A stretch of 64,000 nt of DNA from an uncultured Spirochaetota bacterium (GTDB lineage Bacteria > Spirochaetota > Spirochaetia > SZUA-6 > Fen-1364), in the NCBI GenBank assembly GCA_963845535.1, contig CAWJSK010000001.1, forward strand, positions 37,396 through 101,395. The letters are read 5' to 3'. A model generated the notes under the pieces. It did not search any database and was not told the DNA's origin. It worked only from the letters and a program-made list of their open reading frames with translations. A program made the translations under genes and the position numbers. Shown here piece after piece: positions 27,103 to 35,670 of the stretch (positions within the stretch are counted from its first letter, which is position 1; each line of letters starts with the position of its first letter).

Positions 27103-27117
27103 ACGCAGAAAAAACCG

Positions 27118-27146
27118 TTGACAGAGCGCGCTTTTGCGCGTATACA
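27118..27146 (+). promoter_or_regulatory. sigma70-like promoter, TTGACA-17 nt-TATACA
   Basis: -35 at 27118-27123 and -10 at 27141-27146, directly upstream of the Trp leader ORF. Confidence 0.45.
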
Positions 27147-27155
27147 GAATCCGCA

Positions 27156-27233
27156 ATGAGCAATGCGCTTTTGTCGACAGTGAACCAGAACTGGTGGTGG
27201 TGGATCACGGGGAGGAAACCGCGGTCCGCCTGA
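27156..27233 (+). CDS. tryptophan-rich leader peptide MSNALLSTVNQNWWWWITGRKPRSA
   Basis: Read in the frame of track ORF 26763..27233. Four consecutive TGG codons at 27192-27203. The stop codon is embedded in the first arm of the alternative hairpins. Located upstream of trpB2. Confidence 0.6.
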   Translation: MSNALLSTVNQNWWWWITGRKPRSA

Positions 27234-27255
27234 AAGGGCGCCAGCGAAAGCTGAG

Positions 27256-27312
27256 ACCGCAGGCGGTTTCCCTCCCCCTGATCGAGAGAGGGTGGCCGCC
27301 CGCGGTTTTTTT
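27256..27312 (+). terminator. attenuator terminator hairpin followed by T7
   Basis: ACCGCAGGCGG (27256-27266) pairs with CCGCCCGCGGT (27296-27306) in 10 of 11 positions. CCCTC/GAGGG extends the helix, and TTTTTTT follows. Confidence 0.55.
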
Positions 27313-27319
27313 GTCGAAA

Positions 27320-27348
27320 GACCCGGGCACAAGCCGGGTCTTTTTTTT
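27320..27348 (+). terminator. second intrinsic terminator, GACCCGG-GCACAAG-CCGGGTC followed by T8
   Basis: Perfect 7-bp stem and an 8-T run, lying 8 nt after the first terminator and 90 nt before the trpB2 start. Confidence 0.6.
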
Positions 27349-27438
27349 AGCGCGGGTACTGTGGGCATTCTGGCGCGGGCCCATCCCGCAAAAAAGCGGC
27401 CGTGTGCCGCGGCGAAGTCTTTTCTCAAGGAGTCTTCC

Positions 27439-28800
27439 ATGACGGACGACAGGATCTTTCAGCTCCCCACCCGGGAGATACCCAAGAAATGGCTCAATAT
27501 CCAGCCATCCCTGCCCGAGCCTGTTCCCCCCATGCTCAGCCCCGCCGACGGCAAGCCCGTTCCCCTGGAAGCGTTCACTCCCCTTTTCCCCATGGGACTG
27601 CTCGAGCAGGAAGTGTCACAGCAGCGGGAGATCAGCATCCCTGACGAAGTGCTCAGGGTGTACTCCCTGTTTCGACCAACCCCCCTCATCAGGGCCAAGT
27701 TCCTGGAGGAAGCTCTGGGCACCCCGGCCACGATCTTTTTCAAGAACGAAAGCGTGACGCCCACCGGCAGCCACAAGCCGAACACCGCCATTCCGCAGGC
27801 CTACTACAACCAGAAAGAAGGCGTGAAGAAGCTCGTCACGGAAACCGGGGCCGGCCAATGGGGCAGCGCGCTTGCATTCGCGGGGGCGCATTTCAACCTC
27901 GAGATCAACGTGTTCATGGTCCGCGCTTCTTTCGAGCAGAAGCCGTACCGCAAGATCATGATGGAAAGCTACGGAGCGAAGGTGCACCCCAGCCCGTCCA
28001 AGGAAACTCAGATCGGGCGGAAGATGCAGGAGGACAAGAAGAACATGCCGGGATCCCTCGGCATCGCCATCAGCGAGGCGGTGGAAGTGGCGGCAACCTC
28101 CAAGGGCACGGTCAAATACTCACTGGGCTCCGTGCTCAACCATGTGCTCATGCACCAGACCGTGATCGGCCTCGAAGCCCGGGCTGTCCTGGAAGACCTC
28201 GGGCTCATGCCGGACATCATCATCGGCTGCCACGGCGGGGGAAGCAATTTCGGAGGCATCTGCCTTCCGTTCATGGAAGACAAGATGAGCGGGAAAAGGA
28301 ACATCGAGTTCGTCGCTTCCGAGCCGCTCGCCTGTCCGTCTCTCAGCAGGGGTGTCTACGCCTACGATTTCGGAGACGCGGGAAAGCTGATCCCGCTCGC
28401 CAAGATGTATACGCTGGGCCACGGGTTCATCCCGCCGGCTGTGCACGCGGGGGGCCTGCGCTATCACGGCGCTGCGCCCATCATATCGCTTCTCGTGGAC
28501 AAGGGGCTCATCCGCGCCGAGGCGCTGCGACAGAAAGAGACGTTCGAGGCGGCGGTGCTCTTTGCCCGCACCGAGGGGATCATCCCCGCCCCCGAGTCCG
28601 CGCACGCCATTGCGTCGGCCATCAGGGCCGCCAAGAAGTGCAAGGAGACCGGGGAGAAGAAAGTGATCCTCTTCAACCTTTCCGGGCATGGCCACTTCGA
28701 CATGGGCGCCTACGAGCAGTACTTTGCCGGGAAGCTCGAAGATTACGAGTACCCCGAAGAGGAAATTCGCAAAGCGGAGCTGGAACTGCCGAAAGTCTAG
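27439..28800 (+). CDS. trpB: TrpB2-type tryptophan synthase beta-like PLP enzyme (stand-alone)
   Basis: The ATG at 27439 follows AAGGAG. The N-terminal extension IPKKWLNIQPSLPEPVPPMLSP, the PLP lysine motif TPTGSHKPNTA, and GCHGGGSNFGG are typical of the TrpB2 (trpB_rel) clade rather than TrpB1. Confidence 0.88.
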   Translation: MTDDRIFQLPTREIPKKWLNIQPSLPEPVPPMLSPADGKPVPLEAFTPLFPMGLLEQEVSQQREISIPDEVLRVYSLFRPTPLIRAKFLEEALGTPATIFFKNESVTPTGSHKPNTAIPQAYYNQKEGVKKLVTETGAGQWGSALAFAGAHFNLEINVFMVRASFEQKPYRKIMMESYGAKVHPSPSKETQIGRKMQEDKKNMPGSLGIAISEAVEVAATSKGTVKYSLGSVLNHVLMHQTVIGLEARAVLEDLGLMPDIIIGCHGGGSNFGGICLPFMEDKMSGKRNIEFVASEPLACPSLSRGVYAYDFGDAGKLIPLAKMYTLGHGFIPPAVHAGGLRYHGAAPIISLLVDKGLIRAEALRQKETFEAAVLFARTEGIIPAPESAHAIASAIRAAKKCKETGEKKVILFNLSGHGHFDMGAYEQYFAGKLEDYEYPEEEIRKAELELPKV

Positions 28801-28868
28801 CCCGGCCGTAGCACAGCGCAGCCGTGCGAAGGCCGCGCAAAGGGTTCCCGGGCAACAGCCCTGGAACC

Positions 28869-29675
28869 CTATAAGGCCCCGAACTTCTCTCTGGCCAGCT
28901 CGAACCAGCGGTAGACTTTCTCGAACACGTCCAGGTAGTCCTGGTACTGGAGCTTCACCCGGATATAGTCGATCAGCTCCTGTGATCCCATCTTCCCGCC
29001 CTCCGTAAGGAGGGGGTTCTCCTGATGAACGCGCGCGCTGAAACGGCGGTACTCTTCGATGACCGCTTTGTCCACGGCATTTTCCGCGAGCGTCTGCAGG
29101 AAGAGCGACTCCAGGTCGATGAGCCACCCGTACACGATGGCAAGGCCGTGAATGACGCGGTACTCCTTGTCCGTGAAAATGATGAAGGGAAGCTCATTGT
29201 CGACGATCCGCAGTTCGCGGAAGTCGAACAGCCCGTCGGGAAAAACGCCGGCCTCGAGGTTCGAAGCCTCGTCTGGCCGCGAGCCTTCGGGGGGCTCCAC
29301 CTGGGCGGCAATCTCGGCCGCTTTCGCCTTCACGAACCGGTACAGCTCCTTCTGTTCCTCGTTGCTCGTCGGCGGATCCGGGAAGCGCTCGAACAGCCCG
29401 CCGCTGGAATCCTCGGAAAAGGCCTTGAGGACGCCGGAAACCGTCAGGTACGCCTTGGCGGCGTGAACCTCGAACCGCCGACCGCGGCAATGCTCGTTCA
29501 CGAGAGGGAGAGCGATCTTGTAGAGGTTCTTGATGAGGCTCGTCTTCTCCATCTGGTCCTCTGATTCCCGAAAGCCACTCCAGATCTCCAGGGGCTTCAC
29601 CCCGTCCACTGTCTGGAGGTCGAAAAACAGGTCCCGGATGAACTGGTCGATGCGTTCTCCGGTTTCTTTATGCAT
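28869..29675 (-). CDS. hypothetical protein (268 aa), last gene of the zwf-opcA-pgl transcription unit
   Basis: Ordinary, non-repetitive amino-acid composition. The ATG at 29675 overlaps the pgl stop by 8 nt. I recognise no family. Confidence 0.55.
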   Translation of the reverse strand: MHKETGERIDQFIRDLFFDLQTVDGVKPLEIWSGFRESEDQMEKTSLIKNLYKIALPLVNEHCRGRRFEVHAAKAYLTVSGVLKAFSEDSSGGLFERFPDPPTSNEEQKELYRFVKAKAAEIAAQVEPPEGSRPDEASNLEAGVFPDGLFDFRELRIVDNELPFIIFTDKEYRVIHGLAIVYGWLIDLESLFLQTLAENAVDKAVIEEYRRFSARVHQENPLLTEGGKMGSQELIDYIRVKLQYQDYLDVFEKVYRWFELAREKFGAL

Positions 29676-30438
29676 GTCTCACGTCCCTTCCAAAGTCCGC
29701 GTTTTCGGGCCCCAGGGCGTCGCGGGTCGCCATGAAAACTGTCCTGGTTCCCCTGATCCAAGCCGCGGGAGTGGCCGTATCCCCCCCGCGCGCCCTTTTC
29801 AGCGCCCGGGTTTTTTCCGTCCCCGCCACGAGGAACACCACCGTCCGCGCGGCGCTCAAGACGCCAGGGCACAGCGTAAGCCGCCAGCCCTTTGCGGTGG
29901 GCGAGTTGACGGCAGCGGCAAAACCGGGAACTTCCGGCCCTACTGCAACACTTTTCCCCGAGGAAAAGTGCACTGTGCCGTCGGGGAAAAGGGAGGCAGT
30001 GTGGCCGTCTGATCCCATTCCCAGGAAGGCGAGGTCCGCGTTTTGCCCAAGCATTGCCTCCCCGGCTTTTTGTCCGTAACGCTCGGCGCAATCCACCGGA
30101 TCCCCACGGCCAGCTTCCCAGGAGAGCACCGTGAAATTTGGAGCCCCAATGGGCCCAAGCAGGCTCCCGCGCGCCATGCCTTCATTGGATTGGGGGTCGT
30201 CCACCGGCACCCACCTCTCATCACCAAAGAGCCATAGCAATCTCCCCGTAGGGATTCTCTTCTCAACAATACCACGCGCAACGAGCCGGTACGTAGCCCT
30301 AGGAGTGTTGCCTCCGGCCAGTGCGACAATGGCGCGACCCCGTTCCCGAAGCGCTTCTTCGATTATGCCCAGGGCCATGGCGCTCGCAGCCTCCGCAAGG
30401 GCGTCCTCATCAGGATAGGCGAATGTGTCAGTGGTCAC
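29668..30438 (-). CDS. pgl: 6-phosphogluconolactonase
   Basis: IVALAGGNTP, LWLFGDERWVPVDDPQSN and FLGMGSDGHTASLFP. A GTG at 30438 lies just after the opcA stop (30443); the longer track ORF would overlap opcA. Confidence 0.85.
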   Translation of the reverse strand: MTTDTFAYPDEDALAEAASAMALGIIEEALRERGRAIVALAGGNTPRATYRLVARGIVEKRIPTGRLLWLFGDERWVPVDDPQSNEGMARGSLLGPIGAPNFTVLSWEAGRGDPVDCAERYGQKAGEAMLGQNADLAFLGMGSDGHTASLFPDGTVHFSSGKSVAVGPEVPGFAAAVNSPTAKGWRLTLCPGVLSAARTVVFLVAGTEKTRALKRARGGDTATPAAWIRGTRTVFMATRDALGPENADFGRDVRHA

Positions 30439-30442
30439 GGTT

Positions 30443-31498
30443 TCAGCCCCGACCCGCGCGCTCCAGCACTTCCTGGTAGACGGGATCACGGGTCATGGAA
30501 TCCACTTCTTCGAGGAGTATCTCTCCGTCCATGGGGAACTTGTAGGCGCCGCGCTCGGACCCGTTGGATACGCAGCCGCCGTGAGTGCAGCCGATCTCGA
30601 TCTGCTCCTGTCCTCCGAAGGAGAACCGAAGCCGAAAGCCCTCGGAGAGCTGGAACCCGGGCGTTGCGTGAACGAGGCGGACCTCATTGCCGCCGCGGTC
30701 CTTGCACGGGCTGAAGCTCTTGGCCGGTTCCGCCGGCAACCATCCCATCCGTGTCGACAGCCAGGAGAAGAAGAGCAGACCGTCCGCGGCGGACCCGCCG
30801 TCCAGGGTGACGGAGCGGATCTGGGAAAGCCTGGGGCGGGTATCCGGCTGATCGAACGCGCGCGCGGTGAGCTCGCGCAGCACACGGCTTCTTCGCCACG
30901 CGAAGTCGGAGATGAAAAACGAGCCGCCCGCTTTGTCCCGCAGGGACAGCAGGCTGCGCAGGGCGGTGAAAGCGGCTCCGTGGTCATCGCCGCGGGGCGC
31001 GTTCGGTCCGCCGCGAATACTTCCCGAATCCACGATCAGCTTGTCGATGAGGCTCGCGGCCTGGAGGATGGGGGCCTGCCATGAGTCTTCGGACCCGTCC
31101 AGGCTGTCCGGCCACCATGCGAAGACGGGCAGATCGCGGATGAGAAGGGGCGCCCAGGCGCCGGGGTCCTCTCCCCGTCCGTCCACCCCGCTTTCGATGC
31201 GCACCTCCTCGAAGCACACGCCGCGGTTTCTCCGGTCCGGGAAGCAGCGTCCGCTCACGATCACGTCCGTCTCCGCGGCGTCCACGTGGTCGATGGTGAT
31301 GATGCGCGCCGGCCTGCGCCCCAGCATGTACTGAAGCGATGGGGCAAGGGGATCATCCTTCTCCCGCCCCCTCCGCTCGCGGAAGATGACGAGCGTGAAA
31401 AGGTTGGTCTTGACGCCGGAGGAATACGGGTTCGACTCACGCTCGCGGATGCGGGCAATCTCGCGCTCGATGGAACGCGGGTCGAGGACGGTGCTCAC
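30443..31498 (-). CDS. opcA: OpcA-like glucose-6-phosphate dehydrogenase assembly protein
   Basis: Lies between zwf and pgl. The GTG at 31498 overlaps the zwf stop as GTGA. ...SSGVKTNLFTLVIFRE... and the overall length fit my recollection of OpcA. The family call is weaker than for zwf and pgl. Confidence 0.65.
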   Translation of the reverse strand: MSTVLDPRSIEREIARIRERESNPYSSGVKTNLFTLVIFRERRGREKDDPLAPSLQYMLGRRPARIITIDHVDAAETDVIVSGRCFPDRRNRGVCFEEVRIESGVDGRGEDPGAWAPLLIRDLPVFAWWPDSLDGSEDSWQAPILQAASLIDKLIVDSGSIRGGPNAPRGDDHGAAFTALRSLLSLRDKAGGSFFISDFAWRRSRVLRELTARAFDQPDTRPRLSQIRSVTLDGGSAADGLLFFSWLSTRMGWLPAEPAKSFSPCKDRGGNEVRLVHATPGFQLSEGFRLRFSFGGQEQIEIGCTHGGCVSNGSERGAYKFPMDGEILLEEVDSMTRDPVYQEVLERAGRG

Positions 31499-33075
31499 AG
31501 GCGCCTCCACTTTCTCTCCGGAGTTCCCAGGAGGCTCGTGGCAGCCTCCGGTCCTGAGCTGCCCGCCCGGTAGAGGGCGAGCCCGGGAGTGCCGGCGTTT
31601 CCCCACCCCCCCAAGATCTCCGTGATGAAAGCCCAGGCGGAGTCGACCTCGTCTTTCCTCATGTACAGCGTGGAATCCCCTACCATGGCATCAAGGAGAA
31701 GCCGCTCGTACGCGTCGGGAAGCTCTTCCCCGAACGCCGAACCGTACGAGAAGTCCATATTCACCGTGCGCATGTCGGTCGACGGGCCGGGGATCTTCGA
31801 GTTGAAGCCCATCATGATGCCTTCCTGCGGCTGGATTCGGAACGTAAGCACGTTCGGGGGCGTTCCCGCGGGGTGGCGTTCCGCAAAGAGCAGGAGCGGA
31901 GGTCTCTTGAAATGGATGGAAATCTCCGTGGTCCGCCGGGAGAGCCGCTTGCCGGTGCGCAGCAGGAACGGCACCCCCGCCCAGCGCCAGGAATCCAGGC
32001 GGACGCGTAGTGCGGCGAAAGTCTCCGTGACCGAGCCGGGGCTCACGTCCTGCTCCTGGCGGTAGCCGGGGACGTCTGTTCCGTCCACGATGCCGTGGTC
32101 GTACTGTCCTCTGACTGTCTCCGTGGCAACGCTGTCCTCACCGACGGGGACGATGGATCTCAAGACCTTCACCTTCTCGTCATGGATGCTGTCAGGGTTC
32201 AGGTCCACGGGCGGCTCCATGGCGACGAGGCACAGGAGCGTAAGCATGTGGTTCTGCATCATGTCACGCAGCGCTCCGGCCTGCTCGTAATAACGCCCGC
32301 GCGAGCCGATGCCGATGGTCTCCGCCATTGTGATCTGCACGTGATCGATGTAGCTGTTGTTCCACACCGGCTCGAAGATGCCGTTGCCGAAACGCATTAC
32401 CATGATGTTCTGGACGGTTTCTTTGCCCAGGTAATGGTCAATGCGATACGTCTGCCGTTCCGCAAAGGCGGCGGCGATGTGGTCGTTCAGGGCGCGCGCG
32501 CTTGCCAGGTCCCGACCGAGCGGCTTTTCCACTATTATACGCGCAAACCCCCGGGACTGGTCGGCAAGCCCAGCCTCATGAAGGCGCCTGATGATGACCT
32601 CATAAGAGTCCGGAGGCGTGGCAAGGTAGAAAATCCTGTTCGGCGGGTCCGCATACTCGTCCCGGATTGCCTGGTAGCCTTCCGCGGACTCGAAGGACGA
32701 GCGGATGAACCCCACGTTCTCCACGAAGGCGTCCTTCAGCTCGGAAGCGGCCTCCGGAACGTCGTCCGAGTCCAGCATTTCCCTCACGAGCTTCCGGAAA
32801 GTCTCCGTTGTCCATTCGCGACGCGCGAATCCGACGATGTGCACTCGCGGGATTCCCCCTTTTGCGTAGAGGGAGAACAAAGCCGGGATGAGCTTCCTCC
32901 CGGTAAGGTCACCGCTTGCTCCGAAAATGAAAAGCGTGAGCGGCTGCGGCTCGCGGGACAGGCCAAGGCCGACAAGGAGGGGGTTTTCGGCGCTCGTGAC
33001 GGGAACCGCGGCGCTTGCGGACCCATCCGCGTGTTTTTGAGCCTGCGTGAGGCGTGCGGCAACATTCTCTAGCAT
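31495..33075 (-). CDS. zwf: glucose-6-phosphate 1-dehydrogenase
   Basis: FIFGASGDLTGRKLIPALF (NADP site) and RIDHYLGKETVQNIMVMRF (active site). ATG at 33075 (MLENVAARL). The additional 177 upstream codons of the track ORF are R/G-rich and implausible. Confidence 0.93.
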   Translation of the reverse strand: MLENVAARLTQAQKHADGSASAAVPVTSAENPLLVGLGLSREPQPLTLFIFGASGDLTGRKLIPALFSLYAKGGIPRVHIVGFARREWTTETFRKLVREMLDSDDVPEAASELKDAFVENVGFIRSSFESAEGYQAIRDEYADPPNRIFYLATPPDSYEVIIRRLHEAGLADQSRGFARIIVEKPLGRDLASARALNDHIAAAFAERQTYRIDHYLGKETVQNIMVMRFGNGIFEPVWNNSYIDHVQITMAETIGIGSRGRYYEQAGALRDMMQNHMLTLLCLVAMEPPVDLNPDSIHDEKVKVLRSIVPVGEDSVATETVRGQYDHGIVDGTDVPGYRQEQDVSPGSVTETFAALRVRLDSWRWAGVPFLLRTGKRLSRRTTEISIHFKRPPLLLFAERHPAGTPPNVLTFRIQPQEGIMMGFNSKIPGPSTDMRTVNMDFSYGSAFGEELPDAYERLLLDAMVGDSTLYMRKDEVDSAWAFITEILGGWGNAGTPGLALYRAGSSGPEAATSLLGTPERKWRRL

Positions 33076-33102
33076 CGCAAAAAATGGTACATAATCTCCA
33101 CC

Positions 33103-33735
33103 ATGGAGACAAGCCTGAAGGTGTCCAACCCGTGGGCCGGGTCCCCCGTTTTTGTACGGGAACACACGCGGTCCACAATGGATGACGCCCGAGAGCTTGC
33201 CCTGCGCGGGTGCGCCGAGGGCACGGTTGTCGTGGCGGGTTTCCAGCAGAAGGGAAGAGGCAGGGCGCCCGGCAGGACGTGGCATTCGAACCCATGGGAA
33301 AGCCTCATGGCCACGATCGTGCTCAACCAAAGCTCGTTCGACTTCCCCGTGACCGAGCTGCCTCTGCGCGCTGCCGTGGCGGCCTGTCTGGCGGCGGAGG
33401 AGTTCGGCGTCAAGCCTGTCATCAAGCTGCCCAACGATCTGTTGGTGGAGGGACGGAAGCTCTCCGGTATCCTCTGCGAGACATGCAACCAGTCCGTGCT
33501 CGTCGGGATTGGCGTGAATTGCCTGCAGACCGCCTTCCCGGGGGCGCTCGCGGACACGGCCTGCTCCATCCTCCAGGTCACCGGTCGCGACGTGAACCCT
33601 TTCCATCTGCTGCCGCGAGTCCTTGTGCGGCTCAAGGAGACCGTCACGGACCCGTCCTGGCGGGAAAAGCTCCCGGCGCGCCTTCTTACGACAGGGAGAG
33701 GATTGGCCAGCCCTTCCGACGCGCCACCTTCCTGA
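33103..33735 (+). CDS. birA: biotin--[acetyl-CoA-carboxylase] ligase (class I, no HTH)
   Basis: GFQQKGRGRAPGRTWHS is the BPL signature GRGRxGRxW. Only 210 aa, and the 3' end overlaps the convergent HAD-IB gene by 50 nt. Confidence 0.78.
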   Translation: METSLKVSNPWAGSPVFVREHTRSTMDDARELALRGCAEGTVVVAGFQQKGRGRAPGRTWHSNPWESLMATIVLNQSSFDFPVTELPLRAAVAACLAAEEFGVKPVIKLPNDLLVEGRKLSGILCETCNQSVLVGIGVNCLQTAFPGALADTACSILQVTGRDVNPFHLLPRVLVRLKETVTDPSWREKLPARLLTTGRGLASPSDAPPS

Positions 33736-34342
33736 GGCGAAGATCCGGATTCACCACCACGGGATGCCCCACCGCCTCCAGGAGAGGCACATCGAAAATG
33801 CTGTCCGTGTAGAACGAGCACTCCCGCGGGTCTTCCCCCTGCGCGGCCACGAACTCCAGGACGCGCCTCTTTTTCTCCCGGCGGAACAAGGGGACACCGT
33901 CCACGCGGCCGGTGCAGGTGTCCCCCTCGAACTCCAGGCTCGTGGCAATCACGGTCTCGATCCCCAGGAAGCTCGCCAGCGGCATGATGATGAGGTCAAG
34001 CGACGAGGAGGCGAGGGCAACGGCGCGCCCGTTCTTCTTCCTCTCCGTGATGAGCGCGGCGGCGTCCCGGTAGATGTCCTTTCTCAAAAGCTTTTCGAAG
34101 CTCTCATCCGCGATCTGGTTCATGGTGGCTCGCGTGATGCCGCGCAGGTACGGGAACCCGGCCTTGTAATCCTTGAGCCGCAGCATTCCCAATCGATAGG
34201 TGATGGAATACCAGGGCATTGCGAGAATGACCCGCCAGGGGACCACTCCCTTGCGGACGGCCACGGAAACGAAGCGCGCCCCCGAGGACCTGCGCGTGAT
34301 GGTATGGTCGACATCGAAAAAATCAATGCCGGCCATGCTCAC
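33686..34342 (-). CDS. HAD-IB family hydrolase (SerB-like subfamily)
   Basis: FFDVDHTIT (motif I), ALASSS (motif II) and a C-terminal YTDSIFDVPLLE (motif IV). Confidence 0.8.
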   Translation of the reverse strand: MSMAGIDFFDVDHTITRRSSGARFVSVAVRKGVVPWRVILAMPWYSITYRLGMLRLKDYKAGFPYLRGITRATMNQIADESFEKLLRKDIYRDAAALITERKKNGRAVALASSSLDLIIMPLASFLGIETVIATSLEFEGDTCTGRVDGVPLFRREKKRRVLEFVAAQGEDPRECSFYTDSIFDVPLLEAVGHPVVVNPDLRLRKVARRKGWPILSLS

Positions 34343-35670
34343 TCCTCGATGCCTATCAGCAGGGAGAACCTTTCGCGTCGTTCACTGAGGAGGCCGGCGG
34401 GAAGCGGAGACCACCCTCCGAACGGATTTGCTTCCAGGAAGCGCTTGCGCCCCTCATGCGTCACGCGGAAGGAGGCAAGGTTCCAGGCATGGCTTCCCGC
34501 CGGCCCGGGACGAAGGAGCAGCGTGCCGCCCCCCCCGAGCGTTATGCGATGGAGGGAACCGGGCATCACGACCCAGGAGCCGCTGCCCGCTCGCATTGAT
34601 GAAATGCCGCCGTCAGGGGCTTCCGTCTGGATCACCGCCTCCTCCGCCCGCCCCAGCTCCGCAAGGGTGATCACCAACGGGGCATGCTCGTCGATGATTG
34701 CTCCCGGGGCGAACGCCGGCCAGCGGACATCCACTGTGATCTCCAGCAGCGGGCTGCTTTCGCAGAACGCATATTCGATGCTGAGCGACGCATTTTCCTG
34801 CGAATCGATGCCAAGCACCTCCCGCAGGCCCGTTCCCTCGTCTCCCTCGAAAGAGAACGAGTTTCTTGTGCGGAAAGTCCAGCGCTTTCCGCCGACGCGC
34901 AGATACGACCGGGCGGGGCGGAGGGGAAGGACGTCCCGCCCGTTCCGTGTGATGCCGGTGAACCTCCCGCCGGCAAGCTTCACGTCGAAGCCGTTTCCGG
35001 CGAGCGACACCTCACCGAGCATCTGCGCAACGAGGTGAGATCCGCCGGGCAAAGCGCCCGCGGGCGCCTCCTCTTTCCCGCCGACCACCGTGGCGGGAGA
35101 GGCGCTGGCGGCTCCCAGGGAAAGGCTGGAGAGCAGCTCACGGCATTCGTCGTTCTTTCTCCTCTTTTTTCTGACCCCTGCGGTTACGGAGGACAGCGCC
35201 TGGCGGAGCAACGGGGCGGGGAACGGGGACCAATCAAGCCCGGCGGCCGCCAGTTCCCGAAGTCTCCGGGATGAGGAATGCGCCGCGGTGAGAGGGGAGG
35301 GCGCCCCGGGCGGGGCGAGCCAGGGAGTCATGAGCTCCAGCGCTTCCTCGAGGACCTCCACCATGGCCGGTCCCGACAGGTCGAGCATGAGGAGAACGTC
35401 ACCCTCCCGGGGCCGCCGAATCCCACGGAGCCCGGCCACGGGGATGCGGGTGCAGGTGAAGCATTCCAGGCCGTCATCAGCGAACCAGCTTGTTCCGCGG
35501 CCGCCGGTGATCCCCAGCGTCTTGAAACCGTGACGCCGATACGCCGCCCGAGCTTCCGGGCGCAGCACGTCCGCGACCCTGGGCATCAGGACGTCAGGAC
35601 GGATCTCGAGAACCTGGGAAACGCCCGTCCCCCACGGATTTTCCATACCCCAGGAGAATCTCCTTTTCAA
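34339..35670 (-). CDS. hypothetical protein, probably the C-terminal part of a gene split by a frame disruption
   Basis: 443-aa ORF with ordinary composition. The first in-frame ATG is at 35646 (MENPWGTG). It overlaps the 113-aa ORF 35594..35935, which is in another frame. Confidence 0.5.
   Translation of the reverse strand: MKRRFSWGMENPWGTGVSQVLEIRPDVLMPRVADVLRPEARAAYRRHGFKTLGITGGRGTSWFADDGLECFTCTRIPVAGLRGIRRPREGDVLLMLDLSGPAMVEVLEEALELMTPWLAPPGAPSPLTAAHSSSRRLRELAAAGLDWSPFPAPLLRQALSSVTAGVRKKRRKNDECRELLSSLSLGAASASPATVVGGKEEAPAGALPGGSHLVAQMLGEVSLAGNGFDVKLAGGRFTGITRNGRDVLPLRPARSYLRVGGKRWTFRTRNSFSFEGDEGTGLREVLGIDSQENASLSIEYAFCESSPLLEITVDVRWPAFAPGAIIDEHAPLVITLAELGRAEEAVIQTEAPDGGISSMRAGSGSWVVMPGSLHRITLGGGGTLLLRPGPAGSHAWNLASFRVTHEGRKRFLEANPFGGWSPLPAGLLSERRERFSLLIGIEE

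Noticed and set aside
31495-33606. N-terminal extensions of track ORFs: zwf as 703 aa, the antiporter from 10513, the LolA-like gene from 3869, trpB2 from 27292, pgl from 30489 and opcA from 31606.
   Set aside because: The extensions overlap neighbouring genes and have aberrant composition. They are replaced by internal starts with SD sequences or start/stop overlaps that give canonical N-termini.
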